Notes: a model not told the origin generated them from the sequence alone. Numbered from the stretch's first letter, positions 9,307 through 19,548 are shown. The stretch: 64,000 nt of DNA from Hyphomicrobiales bacterium (GCA_031418535.1 JANOXS010000081.1:107-64106), one strand, 5' to 3'. Program-made: numbers and translations.

Positions 9307-10052
9307 TTGGAAACCTTTAGTAAGCGCCGCGCATTTTCTAAGTCTGCTGGCGTATCCACGCCCAACGGCACGGTGTCAACTTTAACAACAGCAATCTTCA
9401 TGCCATTGTCCAAAGCCCGCATCTGCTCCAGTGAGCGATCTTTTTCGCGGGCACTCACAGGTAAACTCACAAAAAGCTCTAAAGATGAGCGGCGGTAAGC
9501 ATAAACCCCAATGTGATGCCAGTAAGGGGCAGTCATATCGGCCTCCACGTGACGCACAAAATCCCGCGCATAAGCAACTTCGCGGTCGCCTTCCAGCGGA
9601 GCTATGGCTTTTACAATATTAGGATTACGCACATCGGCTTCATCAGTAATGGGAGCTGCAATTGTTGCGATATCAACATCAGCGTTGGTTAATCCGGCAA
9701 GGCAACGCCGCATGGCCAAAGGATCAATGGTCGGAAGATCACCTTGTAAATTCACCACATAGTCAAAGCGCTGTTGCGGATCACGAAGCTTCAATGCAGC
9801 AGCAATGCGGTCTGAACCGGAAGCAAGCCTGGGCTCAGTCATCATCGCATCACCCCCCGCATCGCGCACAGCCTCGGCAATTGCGTTCTCTGCAGCAGCC
9901 ACAAGCACATGACCGATATTGGCGGCAACGGCGCGTTTCCACACCTCAACAATCATCGGAACACCATGAATATCGGCCAAGGGCTTTCCCGGAAGCCTGC
10001 TCGACGCCATGCGAGCTGGAATAATCACGATAGTATTATGCTGTTCAATCAT
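9303..10052 (-). CDS. kdsB: 3-deoxy-manno-octulosonate cytidylyltransferase
   Basis: IVIIPARMASSRLPGKPLADIHGVPMI... 4-nt overlap with pheA. Confidence 0.92.
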   Translation of the reverse strand: MIEQHNTIVIIPARMASSRLPGKPLADIHGVPMIVEVWKRAVAANIGHVLVAAAENAIAEAVRDAGGDAMMTEPRLASGSDRIAAALKLRDPQQRFDYVVNLQGDLPTIDPLAMRRCLAGLTNADVDIATIAAPITDEADVRNPNIVKAIAPLEGDREVAYARDFVRHVEADMTAPYWHHIGVYAYRRSSLELFVSLPVSAREKDRSLEQMRALDNGMKIAVVKVDTVPLGVDTPADLENARRLLKVSK

Positions 10053-10168
10053 AAGTTTATCCGGGGGCGCGGCAAATTGCGCGTGTCCTCTTATAGGTGT
10101 TGCGGGCCATTAACGAAACGATTAGTTTCCGACCAATTATATTTACGCAAAGAGGCGTCACAACTGTC

Positions 10169-10714
10169 ATGGCTAATTTAGAATTCAACAAAATCGCTGG
10201 TGCAGTTTTGGGTACAGCACTCCTTGTCTTGGGCCTCAAAAACTTTGGCGCAGAATTGTTCCATAGCGAAGCTCCTGAAAAGCCCGGCATGATCATTGAA
10301 GTGGCTGAGGCAGCGCCTGCTTCTGGAGCTGGAGATGTTCCAGCAGCAGCTGTTCCAATCGGTGTATTACTTGCGAAGGCTGACGCCACCAAAGGCGCAG
10401 GCATAGCCAAGGCCTGTGCGGCTTGCCACAGTGTTGATAAAGGCGGCGCAAATAAAGTAGGACCAGCATTATGGGATGTGGTTGAGCGTCCTATTGGCAG
10501 TGTTGCCGGGTTTGCCTATTCTGAAGGCGTGAAAGGCATGGCTGGCAAGAACTGGACTTATGATGATTTGAATGCATGGTTGAAAGCGCCCAAAGAATAT
10601 ATCAAGGGCACTAAGATGAGCTATGCTGGCGTGAAGAAAGATGCGGACCGCGCTGATTTGATTGCATACCTTGCCAGCTTGTCGGACGCGCCAAAACCAT
10701 TCCCTGCGCCCTGA
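10169..10714 (+). CDS. cycM: Membrane-anchored cytochrome c (CycM-like)
   Basis: N-terminal TM helix, Ala/Pro linker, CAACH heme motif and a ...ADLIAYL... C-terminus. ATG 10169 is preferred over the TTG at 10097. Confidence 0.85.
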   Translation: MANLEFNKIAGAVLGTALLVLGLKNFGAELFHSEAPEKPGMIIEVAEAAPASGAGDVPAAAVPIGVLLAKADATKGAGIAKACAACHSVDKGGANKVGPALWDVVERPIGSVAGFAYSEGVKGMAGKNWTYDDLNAWLKAPKEYIKGTKMSYAGVKKDADRADLIAYLASLSDAPKPFPAP

Positions 10715-10741
10715 TTTGAGCAAGATTTGAGACTGAGATCA

Positions 10742-10777
10742 AACACCGGGTGCTGGAAGCTTCCGGTGTTTTCTTTT
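10742..10777 (+). terminator. Intrinsic terminator after cycM
   Basis: AACACCGG...CCGGTGTT stem followed by TTCTTTT. Confidence 0.7.
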
Positions 10778-10827
10778 GGCACCGCACCTGAGATAACTAA
10801 TCCCATGCGAATCAGAGTGAGCAGATC

Positions 10828-12675
10828 ATGACCAACCGCCGCACGCTCCTAAAAATAATGGGGACAAGTCTACTTGTTCGCTTTGCGCCCGCTTTCGCTG
10901 AGGATTTGGTTTTCAGCCATGCCGCAAATCTTTATGGCGAATATAAATATCCTGCTGACTTCAAACATTTTGACTATGTAAATCCGAACGCCCCCAAGGG
11001 CGGCAAGTTGCGCCAATGGGCCTTTGGCTCCTTTGATTCACTCAATCCTTTTACCATTAAAGGTGATCCCACCACAGTCAGCGTGGTCGAAACACTTTTA
11101 ACGCGGTCACTCGACGAAGCGTTCTCCGAATATGGCTTGATTGCTGAAGGTGTTTCGCATCCTCCTGATTTTTCCTCCGCCACGTTTCGCCTGCGCAAAG
11201 AGGCGCGCTTCCATGATGGCAAACAGATAACACCTGAAGACGTGATCTGGAGCTTTGATGCTCTCAAAGCCAATGTGCCCACACGGGCGGCTTATTACAA
11301 AGATGTGGTCAAGGCCGAGCAGACAGGCGAGCGCGATGTCACCTTTGTGTTCAGCAGCAAAGACAACCGTGAACTCCCCAGCATACTTGGTCAAATTTCA
11401 GTGCTGCCGAAACATTGGTGGATGGCCAAAGATGCAAACGGCAAACAGCGCGATGTGGCAGCCTCCACACTGGAAATTCCATTAGGCTCCGGCCCTTATC
11501 AATTTGGAAAAGTTGTTGCGGGCTCATCGCTCACATTGGTGCGTTCGCCCGATTATTGGGGTAAGGATTTGCCCGTGAATGTGGGCACTAATAATTTTGA
11601 TGAGATCAGCATCATTTATTTCCAAAGCCCCTTAGTTGCATTCGAAGGTTTCAAGGGCGATCAATTTGATTACTATCAAGAATCGCTCTCAAAAAATTGG
11701 GCCACTGGTTATGATTTTCCAGCGGTCAAATCCGGCAAGATAATCAAAGAAGAAATCCCGCTGAAAAAAGTGAATGGAATGCAAGGCTGGGTGCTCAATC
11801 AACGCCGCGCCGTATTCCAAGATATTCGCGTGCGCAAGGCGTTTAATCTGGCCTTTGATTTTGAATGGTCCAACACCAATTTATTCTATGGCCAATACAC
11901 CCGCGCGCGCAGTTATTTTAACAACTCTGAACTCGAAGCCAAAGGATTGCCTTCGCCTGAAGAACTGGTGTTGCTTGAACCCTTGCGCGATAAACTTCCA
12001 CCGGAAGTTTTCACATCAGAATACACAAATCCAACCAATCCCGACTCCACCACGCGGCGCAAAAATTTGCGTGAAGCTTCAAAGCTTTTGGCCGAGGCTG
12101 GTTGGACCATCGTGCCGGAAGGCGGCAAAAATATATTGAAAAATCCAAAAGGTGAAATTCTCACAGTTGAAATCACATTGGATTCGCCCGCCTTTGAACG
12201 TGTCGCTTTGCCCTATAAGCAACAGCTCGAACTGCTGGGCATTGGTGTGCTTGTAAGAACAATTGATGCAGAGCAATTTGTCAAAATCAAAGAGACTTTC
12301 AACTACGATATTATCGTAAATAATTTTGGTCAAAGCCTATCGCCCGGAAATGAACAGCGCTTTTTTTGGGGTTCGACTGAGGCCGACAAAAATGGCACGC
12401 AAAATTACGCAGGCATAAAAGATCCAGCGATTGATGCGCTCATCGACAAGGTAATTTTTGCCAAAGATCGCAAAGGCCTGGTCACTGCCACGCAAGCTTT
12501 GGACCGTGCTTTGATCTGGGGCTATTATGTGGTTCCGCAATGGTTCAGAGCGGCCGAACGCATCGCCCACTGGGATCGTTTTGGCCGACCTGAAAAAACT
12601 CCTGACTATGATTTGGGCTTTCCATCAATCTGGTGGTGGGATGAGGCCAAAGCCAAAAAAGTTGCCGCCGGTTAA
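10828..12675 (+). CDS. yejA: ABC transporter substrate-binding protein, family 5 (YejA-like)
   Basis: 615-aa SBP_bac_5-like protein with a Tat-like signal (NRRTLLK). First gene of the yejABEF-type operon. Confidence 0.85.
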   Translation: MTNRRTLLKIMGTSLLVRFAPAFAEDLVFSHAANLYGEYKYPADFKHFDYVNPNAPKGGKLRQWAFGSFDSLNPFTIKGDPTTVSVVETLLTRSLDEAFSEYGLIAEGVSHPPDFSSATFRLRKEARFHDGKQITPEDVIWSFDALKANVPTRAAYYKDVVKAEQTGERDVTFVFSSKDNRELPSILGQISVLPKHWWMAKDANGKQRDVAASTLEIPLGSGPYQFGKVVAGSSLTLVRSPDYWGKDLPVNVGTNNFDEISIIYFQSPLVAFEGFKGDQFDYYQESLSKNWATGYDFPAVKSGKIIKEEIPLKKVNGMQGWVLNQRRAVFQDIRVRKAFNLAFDFEWSNTNLFYGQYTRARSYFNNSELEAKGLPSPEELVLLEPLRDKLPPEVFTSEYTNPTNPDSTTRRKNLREASKLLAEAGWTIVPEGGKNILKNPKGEILTVEITLDSPAFERVALPYKQQLELLGIGVLVRTIDAEQFVKIKETFNYDIIVNNFGQSLSPGNEQRFFWGSTEADKNGTQNYAGIKDPAIDALIDKVIFAKDRKGLVTATQALDRALIWGYYVVPQWFRAAERIAHWDRFGRPEKTPDYDLGFPSIWWWDEAKAKKVAAG

Positions 12676-13754
12676 TGGGAGCCTACATCCTAAAGCGTCT
12701 GCTATTGATGATACCCACATTGCTGGGGGTAATGTTGCTTACGTTTGCGGTCATTCAATTTGTGCCGGGTGGCCCCATTGAACGCATCATATCGCAAATG
12801 GAGAATAATACCGATGATGCTTTAAGTGGTGGCAGCGGTGAAACCATAGGCGACAAAGCATCCGAAACCACCACTTATCGCGGTGCCAAAGGCCTCGATC
12901 CTGAATTCATCAAGAAACTTGAAAAGCAATTTGGCTTCGACAAGCCGCCGGGCGAACGCTTTTTGCTGATGATCAGCAACTATGCCCGCTTTGATTTTGG
13001 CGACAGTTATTTCCGCTCTAAATCAGTACTGTCACTCATCGCAGAAAAATTACCAGTGTCGATCTCGCTCGGACTTTGGATTATGATCATAACCTATGCA
13101 GTTTCGATCCCACTTGGCATTCGCAAAGCCATCAGAGATGGATCAAAGTTTGATATCTGGACGTCAGCGATCATCAGCATCGGCTATGCTATTCCATCTT
13201 TTATTTTGGCAATATTTCTTATCATCGTTTTTGCGGGTGGCAGTTATTATAACTGGTTTCCATTGCGCCTGCTCACCTCAGATAATTTTTCAGATTTAAG
13301 CGTGTGGGGTAAAATCAAAGACTATGCTTGGCATCTGGCTTTGCCGTTGACAGCCTTGGGCATTGGCAGCTTCGCCACTATGACACTGCTCACCAAGAAT
13401 TCATTTCTTGATGAAATTAAAAAGCAATATGTGACAACAGCAAGAGCAAAGGGCCTCACTGAAAACAGGGTGCTCTATGGTCATGTTTTTCGCAACGCTA
13501 TGATGTTGGTGATTTCCGGTTTTCCGGGTGCCTTTTTGCACGCATTCTTTACAGGTTCGCTGTTGATTGAGCAGGTCTTCTCGCTCGATGGCTTAGGTCT
13601 ACTCACGTTCAAATCTGTGGTTGACCGTGACTATGCTGTTGTCTTCGCCAGCCTCTACATTTTCACGTTGATCGGTCTGTTGGTGGCTCTGGTCAGTGAC
13701 CTGATGTATACATGGATTGATCCGCGCATTGATTTTGAGGCGCGTGATTTGTGA
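12675..13754 (+). CDS. yejB: ABC transporter permease (YejB-like)
   Basis: DppB/OppB-type permease of 359 aa, adjacent to yejA. Confidence 0.85.
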   Translation: MGAYILKRLLLMIPTLLGVMLLTFAVIQFVPGGPIERIISQMENNTDDALSGGSGETIGDKASETTTYRGAKGLDPEFIKKLEKQFGFDKPPGERFLLMISNYARFDFGDSYFRSKSVLSLIAEKLPVSISLGLWIMIITYAVSIPLGIRKAIRDGSKFDIWTSAIISIGYAIPSFILAIFLIIVFAGGSYYNWFPLRLLTSDNFSDLSVWGKIKDYAWHLALPLTALGIGSFATMTLLTKNSFLDEIKKQYVTTARAKGLTENRVLYGHVFRNAMMLVISGFPGAFLHAFFTGSLLIEQVFSLDGLGLLTFKSVVDRDYAVVFASLYIFTLIGLLVALVSDLMYTWIDPRIDFEARDL

Positions 13755-14851
13755 TGTTCAAATTGAATGCTCTCAATCGGCGCAGGTGGAACCTGTTCAA
13801 AGCCAATCGCCGAGGTTTCTGGTCATTCTGGATTTTCTTCGGATTATTTTTGCTGTCACTTTTTGCACCCCTCATTTGCAATGATCGACCAATGTTGGTG
13901 AGCTATAAGGGGGAGTTGCTGTTCCCGACTTTTGTCGAATACCCAGAATCCAAGTTCGGTGGCTTCCTTGCAAAAACCAATTACCGCGACCCGGTGAATA
14001 TTGATGAGATTACAGCGAATGGTTGGATGCTGTGGCCGCCCATTCGCTATTCATTCAATACCGTCAACACCGAAGTGCCGCGTCCTGTGCCATCTCCCCC
14101 TGCCTCCACACTGAGTGCAGACGAGGCTTGCGGCAAATATCCAATGGGGTTGAAAGACCCGCAGTGTGTAGCCGGTAATATGAACTGGATCGGCACCGAT
14201 GATCAGGGCCGCGATGTGATTGCACGGCTGCTTTATGGCTACCGCGTGTCGGTGGCGTTCGGACTTATTCTTGCACTCTTTTCGTCGGTGATTGGCATCG
14301 CTGCGGGTGCTGTTCAGGGCTATTATGGCGGCTGGACCGATCTGTTGTTTCAACGATTCATCGATATTTGGTCATCAATGCCAACACTTTATTTGCTGAT
14401 CATTATTGCAGCTTTCGTAACACCAAGTTTTTGGTTGTTACTTTCAATCTTGGTTTTATTTTCGTGGACGGGACTTGTGCGCCTTATCCGCGCCGAATTC
14501 CTCCGTGCACGGAATTTTGAATATGTCAGAGCAGCGCGTGCACTGGGGCTGTCCAACGCAAAAATCATGTTCAAACATTTGCTGCCCAATGCCATGATTT
14601 CAGCTGTCACATTCATGCCCTTCATCATCGCAGGGTCAGTCACAACATTGACGGCGCTCGATTACTTGGGCTTTGGCTTGCCGCCGGGTTCTGCTTCGTT
14701 GGGTGAGTTAGTCAAGCAAGGCAAAGACAACATTCAAGCGCCGTGGCTTGGCTTCACGATCTTTATTTTGTCGTCAACCATGCTCACACTGTTGGTTTTT
14801 ATCGGCGAAGCCGTGCGTGATGCACTGGATCCGCGAAAGACTTTCACATGA
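13751..14851 (+). CDS. yejE: ABC transporter permease (YejE-like)
   Basis: DppC/OppC-type permease; 4-nt overlap with yejB. Confidence 0.85.
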   Translation: MMFKLNALNRRRWNLFKANRRGFWSFWIFFGLFLLSLFAPLICNDRPMLVSYKGELLFPTFVEYPESKFGGFLAKTNYRDPVNIDEITANGWMLWPPIRYSFNTVNTEVPRPVPSPPASTLSADEACGKYPMGLKDPQCVAGNMNWIGTDDQGRDVIARLLYGYRVSVAFGLILALFSSVIGIAAGAVQGYYGGWTDLLFQRFIDIWSSMPTLYLLIIIAAFVTPSFWLLLSILVLFSWTGLVRLIRAEFLRARNFEYVRAARALGLSNAKIMFKHLLPNAMISAVTFMPFIIAGSVTTLTALDYLGFGLPPGSASLGELVKQGKDNIQAPWLGFTIFILSSTMLTLLVFIGEAVRDALDPRKTFT

Positions 14852-16461
14852 GTGAAATTCTTCTCGACGTCAAAGATTTATCAGTGGCCTTCGGCAAGAA
14901 CGTTGCGGTCGATCATGTGTCATTCTCCCTTAAAAAGGGCGAGACTTTGGCATTAGTCGGTGAATCAGGTTCAGGAAAATCGGTGTCAGCACTTTCGATT
15001 TTGAAACTGCTGGCTTATCCCGCTGCGTCGCATCCATCAGGTGAAATACTCTTTAATGGTGAAAATCTGTTAGATGCCGACGAGGCTGATTTGCGCCGTG
15101 TGCGTGGCCGCAACATCACTATGATTTTTCAGGAGCCGATGACTTCGCTTAATCCGCTGCACAGTGTGGAGCGTCAGATTGGTGAAATTTTAGAGTTGCA
15201 CCAAGGCATCAAAGGTCAAGCGGCGCGCATAAAGATTGTTGAGTTGCTGGAAAAGGTTGGTATCAGAGAAGCCGCATCGCGCTTACAAGATTATCCGCAC
15301 CAGCTCTCAGGTGGCCAACGCCAGCGCGTGATGATTGCGATGGCGCTGGCCAATAAGCCAGATTTGTTAATTGCCGACGAGCCGACCACCGCCCTTGATG
15401 TGACAGTGCAGGCGCAAATTTTAAAATTACTCAAAGATTTACAAACTGAATTTGGCATGGCGCTTTTGCTGATCACCCATGATTTAGGCATTGTGCGCCA
15501 CATGGCCGATCAAGTCTGCGTTATGCAAAAAGGCAAAGTGGTGGAGCGTGGCGATGCTAAATCTGTGTTTGCCAATCCGCAACATGCCTATACAAAAATG
15601 TTGTTGGCAGCCGAGCCCAAAGGCAATCCGCCGCCAGTTGATGTGACTGCCGAGATAATTTTAGAAACTAAAAATCTCAAAGTATGGTTTCCAGTAAAGC
15701 GTGGATTTTTCCGTAAAACTGTTGGTTATATCAAAGCAGTTGACGGCCTCGATCTCACAGTGCGGGCCGGCCAAACGTTAGGCATTGTAGGTGAGTCTGG
15801 TTCAGGCAAAACCACCACGGGCTTGGCCATTTTGCGGCTCATCGCATCTCAAGGTGAAATTGCTTATCGCGGCCAGCGCATAGATGGCTTCATGTCAAAA
15901 GATATGCGGCCCCTTCGAAAAGATATGCAAGTTGTGTTTCAAGATCCCTTCGGCTCGCTTTCTCCCCGCCTTTCAATTTTACAAATTGTTGAAGAAGGTT
16001 TGGAAATACAAAATCCAAATATGAGTGCGGGTGAACGCCGCGCCCGCGTGGCCACGGCTCTTGAAGAAGTGGGATTAGACTCAACCACCATGGATCGCTA
16101 TCCACATGAATTTTCCGGTGGTCAGCGCCAACGTATTGCCATCGCACGGGCTTTGGCCTTGGAACCAAAATTCATCATGTTGGACGAACCGACATCAGCC
16201 CTTGATATGTCGGTCCAGGCCCAAGTGGTTGATCTGTTGCGCGGCTTGCAAGTGAAACACAATCTTGCATACTTGTTTATCAGCCATGATTTAAAAGTGG
16301 TGAGAGCTTTGGCCAATGAGGTTGTTGTCATGCGCAACGGACTGGTTGAAGAGCGCGGTCACACCGCCGAAATTTTTAAAAATCCGCAAACGCCGTATAC
16401 CAAAGCGCTCATCGCAGCGTCACTCAATCTCAAAGCAACAGAAGGCATTGTAAAGCAATGA
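14848..16461 (+). CDS. yejF: ABC transporter ATP-binding protein with duplicated ATPase domains (YejF-like)
   Basis: Two Walker A motifs ([16 protein letters not shown]) and two LSGGQRQR signatures; 537 aa. Confidence 0.9.
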   Translation: MSEILLDVKDLSVAFGKNVAVDHVSFSLKKGETLALVGESGSGKSVSALSILKLLAYPAASHPSGEILFNGENLLDADEADLRRVRGRNITMIFQEPMTSLNPLHSVERQIGEILELHQGIKGQAARIKIVELLEKVGIREAASRLQDYPHQLSGGQRQRVMIAMALANKPDLLIADEPTTALDVTVQAQILKLLKDLQTEFGMALLLITHDLGIVRHMADQVCVMQKGKVVERGDAKSVFANPQHAYTKMLLAAEPKGNPPPVDVTAEIILETKNLKVWFPVKRGFFRKTVGYIKAVDGLDLTVRAGQTLGIVGESGSGKTTTGLAILRLIASQGEIAYRGQRIDGFMSKDMRPLRKDMQVVFQDPFGSLSPRLSILQIVEEGLEIQNPNMSAGERRARVATALEEVGLDSTTMDRYPHEFSGGQRQRIAIARALALEPKFIMLDEPTSALDMSVQAQVVDLLRGLQVKHNLAYLFISHDLKVVRALANEVVVMRNGLVEERGHTAEIFKNPQTPYTKALIAASLNLKATEGIVKQ

Positions 16462-17405
16462 GCGCTTTCGCATTTATTCTGCCCACGTGGCCCACGGATG
16501 TGTGGACCGCAGCCATGCGCAAAGCAGCTCCCGATTTAGATGTTCGCGTTTGGCCAGATCACTTGGGCATTATGGCCGATATAAAATACGCAGCAGCGTG
16601 GTTGCCACCTGCAAATGTGTTGAAGAGTTTTCCAAATTTAAAGCTCATTTGCTCTTTGGGGGCAGGGGTGGATGCAATTTTGGGCGACCCAACTTTGCCA
16701 CAGCATATCCCTATCGTGCGCGTGAACGATCCTGATCTCACCACCCGCATGAGTGAATATATCGTCATGCATGTGTTGATGCATCACCGCCAGCAGCGCC
16801 GCGTTGATTCCAACCAAAGCCAAAAGAAGTGGGATGGCTTTCCAACCCATGCAGCAAGTGCCCTAACAGTTGGCATCATGGGCATGGGGGTGATGGGCAC
16901 AGATGCGGCTGTAAAGCTGGCGATGCTCGGGTTCAAAGTGATCGGCTGGAGCCGGACTAAAAAATCCATTGCTAGTGTAGTGTGCTACGCCGCTGACGAG
17001 CGGGATGAATTTTTGGGGCAGACCGACATTCTGGTCTCGCTTCTCCCTGCTACTGCCGAAACCGATGGCATCATCAACCGCAGTCTTGTTCAAAAGCTGT
17101 CGCGCCGCGGGCCATTCAATGCTCCAATTCTCATCAATGCGGGCCGGGGTCGTCAGCAAGTTGAAGACGATATATTACACTGCTTGGATTCAGGCGAACT
17201 TTATGGCGCCACCTTAGATGTTTTCCAAAAAGAACCGCTACCAATAACCAGTTCATTGTGGACCCACCCTAAAGTAACAGTAACGCCGCACATGGCAGCG
17301 GATTCCGACCCTGAAACTATCTGTAATTATGTCTATCAACAAATCCAAAAATTCGAACGGGGACAAAAGTTGGACAATTTAGTGGATCGCAGTCGCGGCT
17401 ATTAA
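16458..17405 (+). CDS. ghrA: Glyoxylate/hydroxypyruvate reductase A-like D-2-hydroxyacid dehydrogenase
   Basis: 315 aa with GIMGMGVMG NAD fold, ...TPHMAA... and a ...VDRSRGY C-terminus like E. coli GhrA. ATGA overlap with the yejF stop. Confidence 0.8.
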   Translation: MSAFAFILPTWPTDVWTAAMRKAAPDLDVRVWPDHLGIMADIKYAAAWLPPANVLKSFPNLKLICSLGAGVDAILGDPTLPQHIPIVRVNDPDLTTRMSEYIVMHVLMHHRQQRRVDSNQSQKKWDGFPTHAASALTVGIMGMGVMGTDAAVKLAMLGFKVIGWSRTKKSIASVVCYAADERDEFLGQTDILVSLLPATAETDGIINRSLVQKLSRRGPFNAPILINAGRGRQQVEDDILHCLDSGELYGATLDVFQKEPLPITSSLWTHPKVTVTPHMAADSDPETICNYVYQQIQKFERGQKLDNLVDRSRGY

Positions 17406-17518
17406 GGTTGGCACGGGCCTAATTATTAGCTTTTGCAACCTCAAGTGTTCAGCTACAAGGCCTGCCAGCGCTAAACTGGCAGGGAAGCCAGCGCGTCTTT
17501 TTGAGGGGGATAATCCTT

Positions 17519-17956
17519 ATGTGGACTGAATTTAAAAACTTTGCGTTTAAAGGCAATGCTTTCGATCTCGCCATCGGTGTGATCATGGGCGGTGCATTCG
17601 GCAAAATCGTTGACTCAATGGTAGGCGATTTGATTATGCCAATCGTTGGCGCACTCACTGGCGGTGTGGACTTCTCTAACAAGTTCGCTCAGCTCGCAGG
17701 CGCACCTGCAGCAACTTTGGCCGCTGCCAAAGAAGCAGGCGCAACGTTTGCCTACGGTAACTTCATCACCATCGTCATCAATTTCTTGATCCTTGCATTC
17801 ATTCTTCTCCAATTGGTGAAGTTCTCGAACCGCTTGAAGAAGGCAGAACCACCAGCACCACCAGCTGCTGCTTCTACATCAGAAGTATTACTGAAAGAAA
17901 TCCGCGATGCTTTGGCTGCCCCTAAAGCAGCTGTTGCTGCCGCCAAGAAGAAGTAA
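17519..17956 (+). CDS. mscL: Large-conductance mechanosensitive channel
   Basis: [44 protein letters not shown] is the canonical MscL N-terminus. ATG 17519 is preferred. Confidence 0.93.
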   Translation: MWTEFKNFAFKGNAFDLAIGVIMGGAFGKIVDSMVGDLIMPIVGALTGGVDFSNKFAQLAGAPAATLAAAKEAGATFAYGNFITIVINFLILAFILLQLVKFSNRLKKAEPPAPPAAASTSEVLLKEIRDALAAPKAAVAAAKKK

Positions 17957-17979
17957 TTTTTTCGCATATCACCATGAAA

Positions 17980-18007
17980 CCCGGGCGCTGGTCGTCCGGG
18001 TTTTTTA
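17980..18007 (+). terminator. Intrinsic terminator after mscL
   Basis: CCCGG...CCGGG stem followed by TTTTTTATT. Confidence 0.75.
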
Positions 18008-18022
18008 TTGCCATAAGAACCC

Positions 18023-19201
18023 ATGAACCAAATTCTCAAAGCACTTACGCCGCAAACCCAGGCAGAGCCCGAAAGCGGCATTGTGACCGCCGCTATGCAT
18101 GGCTTCACCAAGCCTGGCATAATTCCTTTTTGGTCTGGCCAAGGAAATTTGCCCACACCAGAGGCATTTTCCCGACCTGCCACCGAAAGCCTTCTCAAGG
18201 GCGAGACTTTTTACACTTACCAAGGTGGCATACCTGAATTGCGTGATGCTTTGGCACGGTATCACACACGGCACTATGGCCGGGCGTTTGAGGCCGCAAA
18301 TTTTCTCGTGACGGGTGGCGGAATGCAAGCCATTCAGACCGCCATTCAGATGATTGCAGGCGAGGGCGATGAAATCATCATTCCAACCCCTGCCTGGCCC
18401 AACTATGCAGGCCCCTTGCGCATTCAAGGCTCAAAACCTGTCGAAGTTCCTATGAGTTTGGCCAACGGCAAATGGGCCTTGGATTTAGATCGGCTTTCTG
18501 ATGCCATAACCCCGCGCACCAAAGCCATTTGCCTCAATTCACCATCCAATCCACTGGGCTGGACGGCAAGCCTTGCTGACCTCACGGCCATTCGCGACAT
18601 GTGCCGCAAAGCAGGCATTTGGATTGTGGGCGATGAGGTTTATTCGCGATTTTACTATGAGGGTGCGCGCGCTCCCTCATTCCTAGATGTTTGCGACACC
18701 GAAGAGCAGCTTTTGCTGTGCAACACCTTTTCGAAGAACTGGGCCATGACCGGCTGGCGTGTGGGCTGGCTGCAAGCGCCCAAAGTTCTAGGCGCAACCA
18801 TTGAGCGTGTAATTCAATACAACACCAGCGGCACCGCTGTGTTCTTGCAGCGCGGCTGTGTTAAGGCTTTGGACGATGGCGATGATTTTATTGTTGAGCA
18901 GGTCACCAAAGCCAAACGAAACCGCGACATGGTCGTTGCGGCTTTGCGAGAATGTCCACAAGTGAAGCTCTCGATTCCTGATGGGGCATTTTATATGTTC
19001 TTTGGACTTGAGGGCATGAGCAATTCCATGGCAACCACCTTGCGCATTATTGACGAGGCCAATGTGGGCTTTGCCCCCGGCGGCACCTTTGGTGCGGGTG
19101 GTGAAGGTTTTTTGCGCATGTGCTTCTTGAAAGAGGAAAGCCAATTGGCTGAAGGACTATTGCGTTTTACCAACTGGTTAAAAAACAATCAGCCTATTTG
19201 A
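18023..19201 (+). CDS. Class I/II pyridoxal-phosphate-dependent aminotransferase (aspartate aminotransferase-like)
   Basis: 392 aa with ...CNTFSKNWAMTGWRVGW... (PLP-Lys motif SK). Confidence 0.85.
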   Translation: MNQILKALTPQTQAEPESGIVTAAMHGFTKPGIIPFWSGQGNLPTPEAFSRPATESLLKGETFYTYQGGIPELRDALARYHTRHYGRAFEAANFLVTGGGMQAIQTAIQMIAGEGDEIIIPTPAWPNYAGPLRIQGSKPVEVPMSLANGKWALDLDRLSDAITPRTKAICLNSPSNPLGWTASLADLTAIRDMCRKAGIWIVGDEVYSRFYYEGARAPSFLDVCDTEEQLLLCNTFSKNWAMTGWRVGWLQAPKVLGATIERVIQYNTSGTAVFLQRGCVKALDDGDDFIVEQVTKAKRNRDMVVAALRECPQVKLSIPDGAFYMFFGLEGMSNSMATTLRIIDEANVGFAPGGTFGAGGEGFLRMCFLKEESQLAEGLLRFTNWLKNNQPI

Positions 19202-19340
19202 GCTGCTGCCTTTTTGGATTTTGCAATGCACAAATATCGAGCGAATGTTAAGTGTTAACGTATTTAAGTGTTTTGTTAACGTTTAGCATAATGTTTAAGA
19301 ATCAATAGTTTAGGCTATTTTATTGAAGCTTTGTTCAATT

Positions 19341-19356
19341 TGGCACGCTCCATGCA
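19341..19356 (+). promoter_or_regulatory. Candidate sigma-54 (-24/-12) promoter TGGCACGCTCCATGCA
   Basis: Matches TGGCACG-N4-TTGCA with correct GG/GC spacing and one mismatch (ATGCA). It sits in an otherwise gene-free 405-bp AT-rich gap. Confidence 0.4.
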
Positions 19357-19367
19357 AGGCTAGTTGC

Positions 19368-19514
19368 GTAGCACAATACTGATTTGGATCCTCCCATTTC
19401 CACAATCTCAACTGGTGCAACTTAGGCGACGCATTAAAAGCGACGATCTAACAAGGGGATGAGCCGGCCCGCTGCAATTTTGCCGCAAGGTCCATGCTCA
19501 TCCCTTCTTTTTTT
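19368..19514 (+). ncRNA. Candidate trans-acting sRNA (about 145 nt) with a CCUCCC loop and an intrinsic terminator
   Basis: A hairpin GATTTGGA/TCCACAATC (19381-19407) presents the loop UCCUCCCAUU. A strong terminator has stem GGGATGAGC (19456-19464) / GCTCATCCC (19496-19504) followed by TTCTTTTTTT. There is no plausible ORF, and the 5' end is inferred from the promoter candidate only. Confidence 0.4.
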
Positions 19515-19548
19515 GCAATACTAATGATGGGGATGTCGCAAGCTACAA

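Noticed and set aside
17461-17501. Hairpins CCTGCCAG..CTGGCAGG and CTGGC..GCCAG after ghrA as an intrinsic terminator
   Set aside because: The T-tract (TCTTTTT) is displaced from both stems, so the call is too uncertain to list as a feature. It may still attenuate read-through into mscL.
17752-18427. Minus-strand ORFs of 148 and 140 aa spanning the mscL 3' end, the terminator and the aminotransferase 5' end
   Set aside because: They overlap two well-supported plus-strand genes and an intrinsic terminator, and show no family resemblance.
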